A stretch of DNA of 64,000 bases, from positions 93,746,001 to 93,810,000 of the forward strand of contig OZ076409.1 in NCBI GenBank assembly GCA_964187785.1, given 5' to 3'. Origin of the DNA: Amphiscolops sp. MND2022 (Eukaryota). The notes under the pieces were generated by a model. The model had not been told where the DNA came from. It saw only the letters and a list, made by a program, of their open reading frames with translations, and did no database searches. This document shows positions 61,419 to 64,000 of the stretch, in pieces (the first letter of the stretch is position 1; each line of letters begins with the position of its first letter). A program made the translations under genes and the position numbers.

Positions 61419-64000
61419 TGTGGTAATCAATCAATCTTGTAGTATTTCGTTACGCTGCCTAAAAACCGTTCGTGCATTTTAGAGTATTATTCGAAATTTG
61501 ACACCACCGTTTTACGTAACGTAATTTATTTTAGATTTCAATGTCGAATGTAGCTTTTTAGGTCAGGTTCGCCACCATTTTGATGCCGGAGGAGCCACAT
61601 TGGCAACAAGTGATCAAATTACAAGTCCACATTGAGGATTAAATACCCTTTCCTCAAATTCAAAGAACGTTCCATGAACCGAAAGGGAAAAATGATAGGT
61701 TTTCATCAAACTTTTAACGAGCCAGAAAACTCAAGTAAACTTTGACTGAAAAAACAATCTATTGAGCTGCCAAAAATCTCAAATAGATAACCTCATTCAA
61801 ACCGATGTCAATATGTACAGGTATGCAATAAAAAATTGATCAATTAGTCACCAGTTTGTTAATTTAGCGAACCACGAAACATGGCGCAGTCAGTGTAAGA
61901 TTAACTGACAATTATATCGAACTCAAAAAGCAGTTATACAAGAACAACCAAAAAATGGATGACACCAATAACAACTCCACATCAGCCGGAAAACAGCTCA
62001 ATGGGACAACCGATCAGTCAGCGAACAGTCGATCATTGCCCAATAAGACGACAATGAGGACGGGGAAACGGACATGCGCCCAAGAAGTTAACCATTCCTT
62101 GCTTGGAAAAACATGACAATTCCAGTGCAAATTTGTGGTGGCGGAAACTTGTTCAGTGCATCAAATTGACAAACGATATTGATTTATTCACCATGACGAA
62201 CTCAAAAGAAATCCTGCCACAATTCTGCGATCAACTAGAACTGGAGATCAAAGACACATTCCTATGGGCAAGTGGACAAACTGAACTAACATACATGACA
62301 AAACGGTAAGAGAACGTGAAACTAGTGCTCTACCGCTACACAAACTATATACCCTATTCCGGCTAAATTTCACACCAGAAAAAAATAAAGCATAGCCGGG
62401 CCAATTTCTTCGACCTAAACAGAGAAACGAACAAAACAACTGCGGATGTATAGAAAAGAATCTTGGAAGTCGAGAAGAACTGCGAATTCGGAACAATATC
62501 AGCAGCTGAACTCCTAGCCTCAAAATTCTTATCACTCCAAGGAAAATCCACAGGAGATTATGAGTTCAGAACAAAAAATCCGGAAAACTGATACGTCGCT
62601 AGAAGCAATCATAGAAGCAATACAAAAAAAATAATTGAAAAACTAAACGAGACCTCCGAAACTGAGGAAGAAAAGAAAATTCGACATGTGTAAAATTCAA
62701 ATACACAAAAGAACAAACCAAACGTTACTCAAAAGCAAGGAGACTGGACTGCAACAGATGTGGAGCACCCAACTGGTCAACAATTTTACTGTCCCTCAAA
62801 AAAGAGGAAATGCTCAAATGTGGTAAACTGCCGCACTATGCAAAATGTTGCAAATCAACACGGAAAATAAAACACATAGCAGATGAAAAAACGTACAGCA
62901 CAGACGAAGACGACTGGAACCGGACAAATAACATTCCATTCAGCAAAAAAGAACTCAGTGGGAACCAAAAGCAAGAACGAACCATCGTTCTACCAGAAGA
63001 CACTATTGGTTGATAACCAACCAATAAAGTTCATCGTTGACACAGGCGCACTGGTAAAATTATTACCAAAAGCAAAATTCAACGATATAACAGTAATTAA
63101 GCCAGTAACAGAAGATTATCGAGACGTTATCGATAACAAAAGAAAGTTTGAAGGAAAAAAACTGCAATTATTGAAGTAGACGGTACAAAAAAAGCAACTG
63201 AAGATATTGATAACAACCAAACAAACACATCCATTTCTCGGACTGGACTGTTTGGGAAAACTGGGCATCGCTCTAAAAACACACAACTGCGGCCAAACAG
63301 TCAAACACATAGCCAATCCGGATTAAACTAACCGTAAACCGGATCGGGGAATGGCAACACTGAAAAGTGAGTTCCACAATTTTTTTTTGAAAAAAGACCG
63401 TGAAAGCCGTTGAAGTTGACATCCAATTGAACAAAGGGCAAAACTAATTGAACAAAAAAGTAGACTCATACCAATTCATTTACTATCCGCGGTTGAAAAA
63501 GAAAACCACCCATCGAAGAGTCGAAAACATTGATGAGAATTGTTTTGTGAGCACCGCGGTAATGATCATCAAAAATGACAAATCGGTCAAAATTGAACTT
63601 GACTCAAGAAAACGAAAGAAAAAAACGATAGAAATAAAAACGCAGATGCCGAACATGGAAGAGTGCATATCGAGAATTCAGAGAAAAATAGCGAATGGAC
63701 AGGGAGATAATTTTGGATCTCAAACTTCGACCTACACTACGCGTATGGTCAACTACAGCTTTCAAGAAGAGCAATCTAGCAATGCATTTTTGCAGTGACT
63801 GGTAGAAATTTTAGCGGCTACTTTAAGTTTTTAAAACGTTTCTACAGCTTAGCGGATATTCCAACAATAATTCAAGAAAAAAATTGAGCAAACACTGAAA
63901 CATGAACATCCCCCCAGGCTAGACGATATCATAGCCATACCAAAAGGCTCCAAACAAAAACACCAGGACCAATTGACAGATTTGTTAACCAAACTAGAAA
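61419..64000 (+). mobile_element. Decayed Gypsy element (LTR, PBS, gag, protease, RT), runs off the window end; LTR start uncertain
   Basis: ...aaaCA|TGGCGCAGTCAG PBS (tRNA-Ser-like) at 61882; knuckle-like CNRCGAPNW and KCGKLPHYAKCC; FIVDTGA; DLHYAYGQ; LDDII; many frameshifts and stops. Confidence 0.85.

Overview
AT-rich, repeat-dense eukaryotic (invertebrate animal) genomic DNA with a 200-N scaffold gap at 33956-34155. It holds two spliced host genes, both on the minus strand. One is a complete RSPH9 (radial spoke head 9; five coding exons, 22579->6022, 273 aa, all GT-AG and in phase). The other is the 5' half of an SK/KCNN Ca2+-activated K+ channel (four exons, 47230->40514, S1-S5), whose pore/S6/CaMBD exons I could not find in the window. 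The rest is mostly mobile DNA: an intact Mag-type Gypsy element with identical 203-bp LTRs nested inside two Helentron-type non-autonomous elements in an RSPH9 intron, a CR1/L2-group LINE with two stops, and decayed Gypsy relics. There are also about 11 copies of a DINE-1/HINE-like family, a second HINE-like family carrying tRNA-derived cargo, several 2-bp-TSD EnSpm-like MITE families each with its own subterminal motif, a hAT relic, a 1.6-kb tandem duplication and several near-zero-spacer palindromes. I found no CRISPR array, Fanzor/TnpB or other prokaryote-style system. All family assignments come from reading the sequence by eye, not from database searches.
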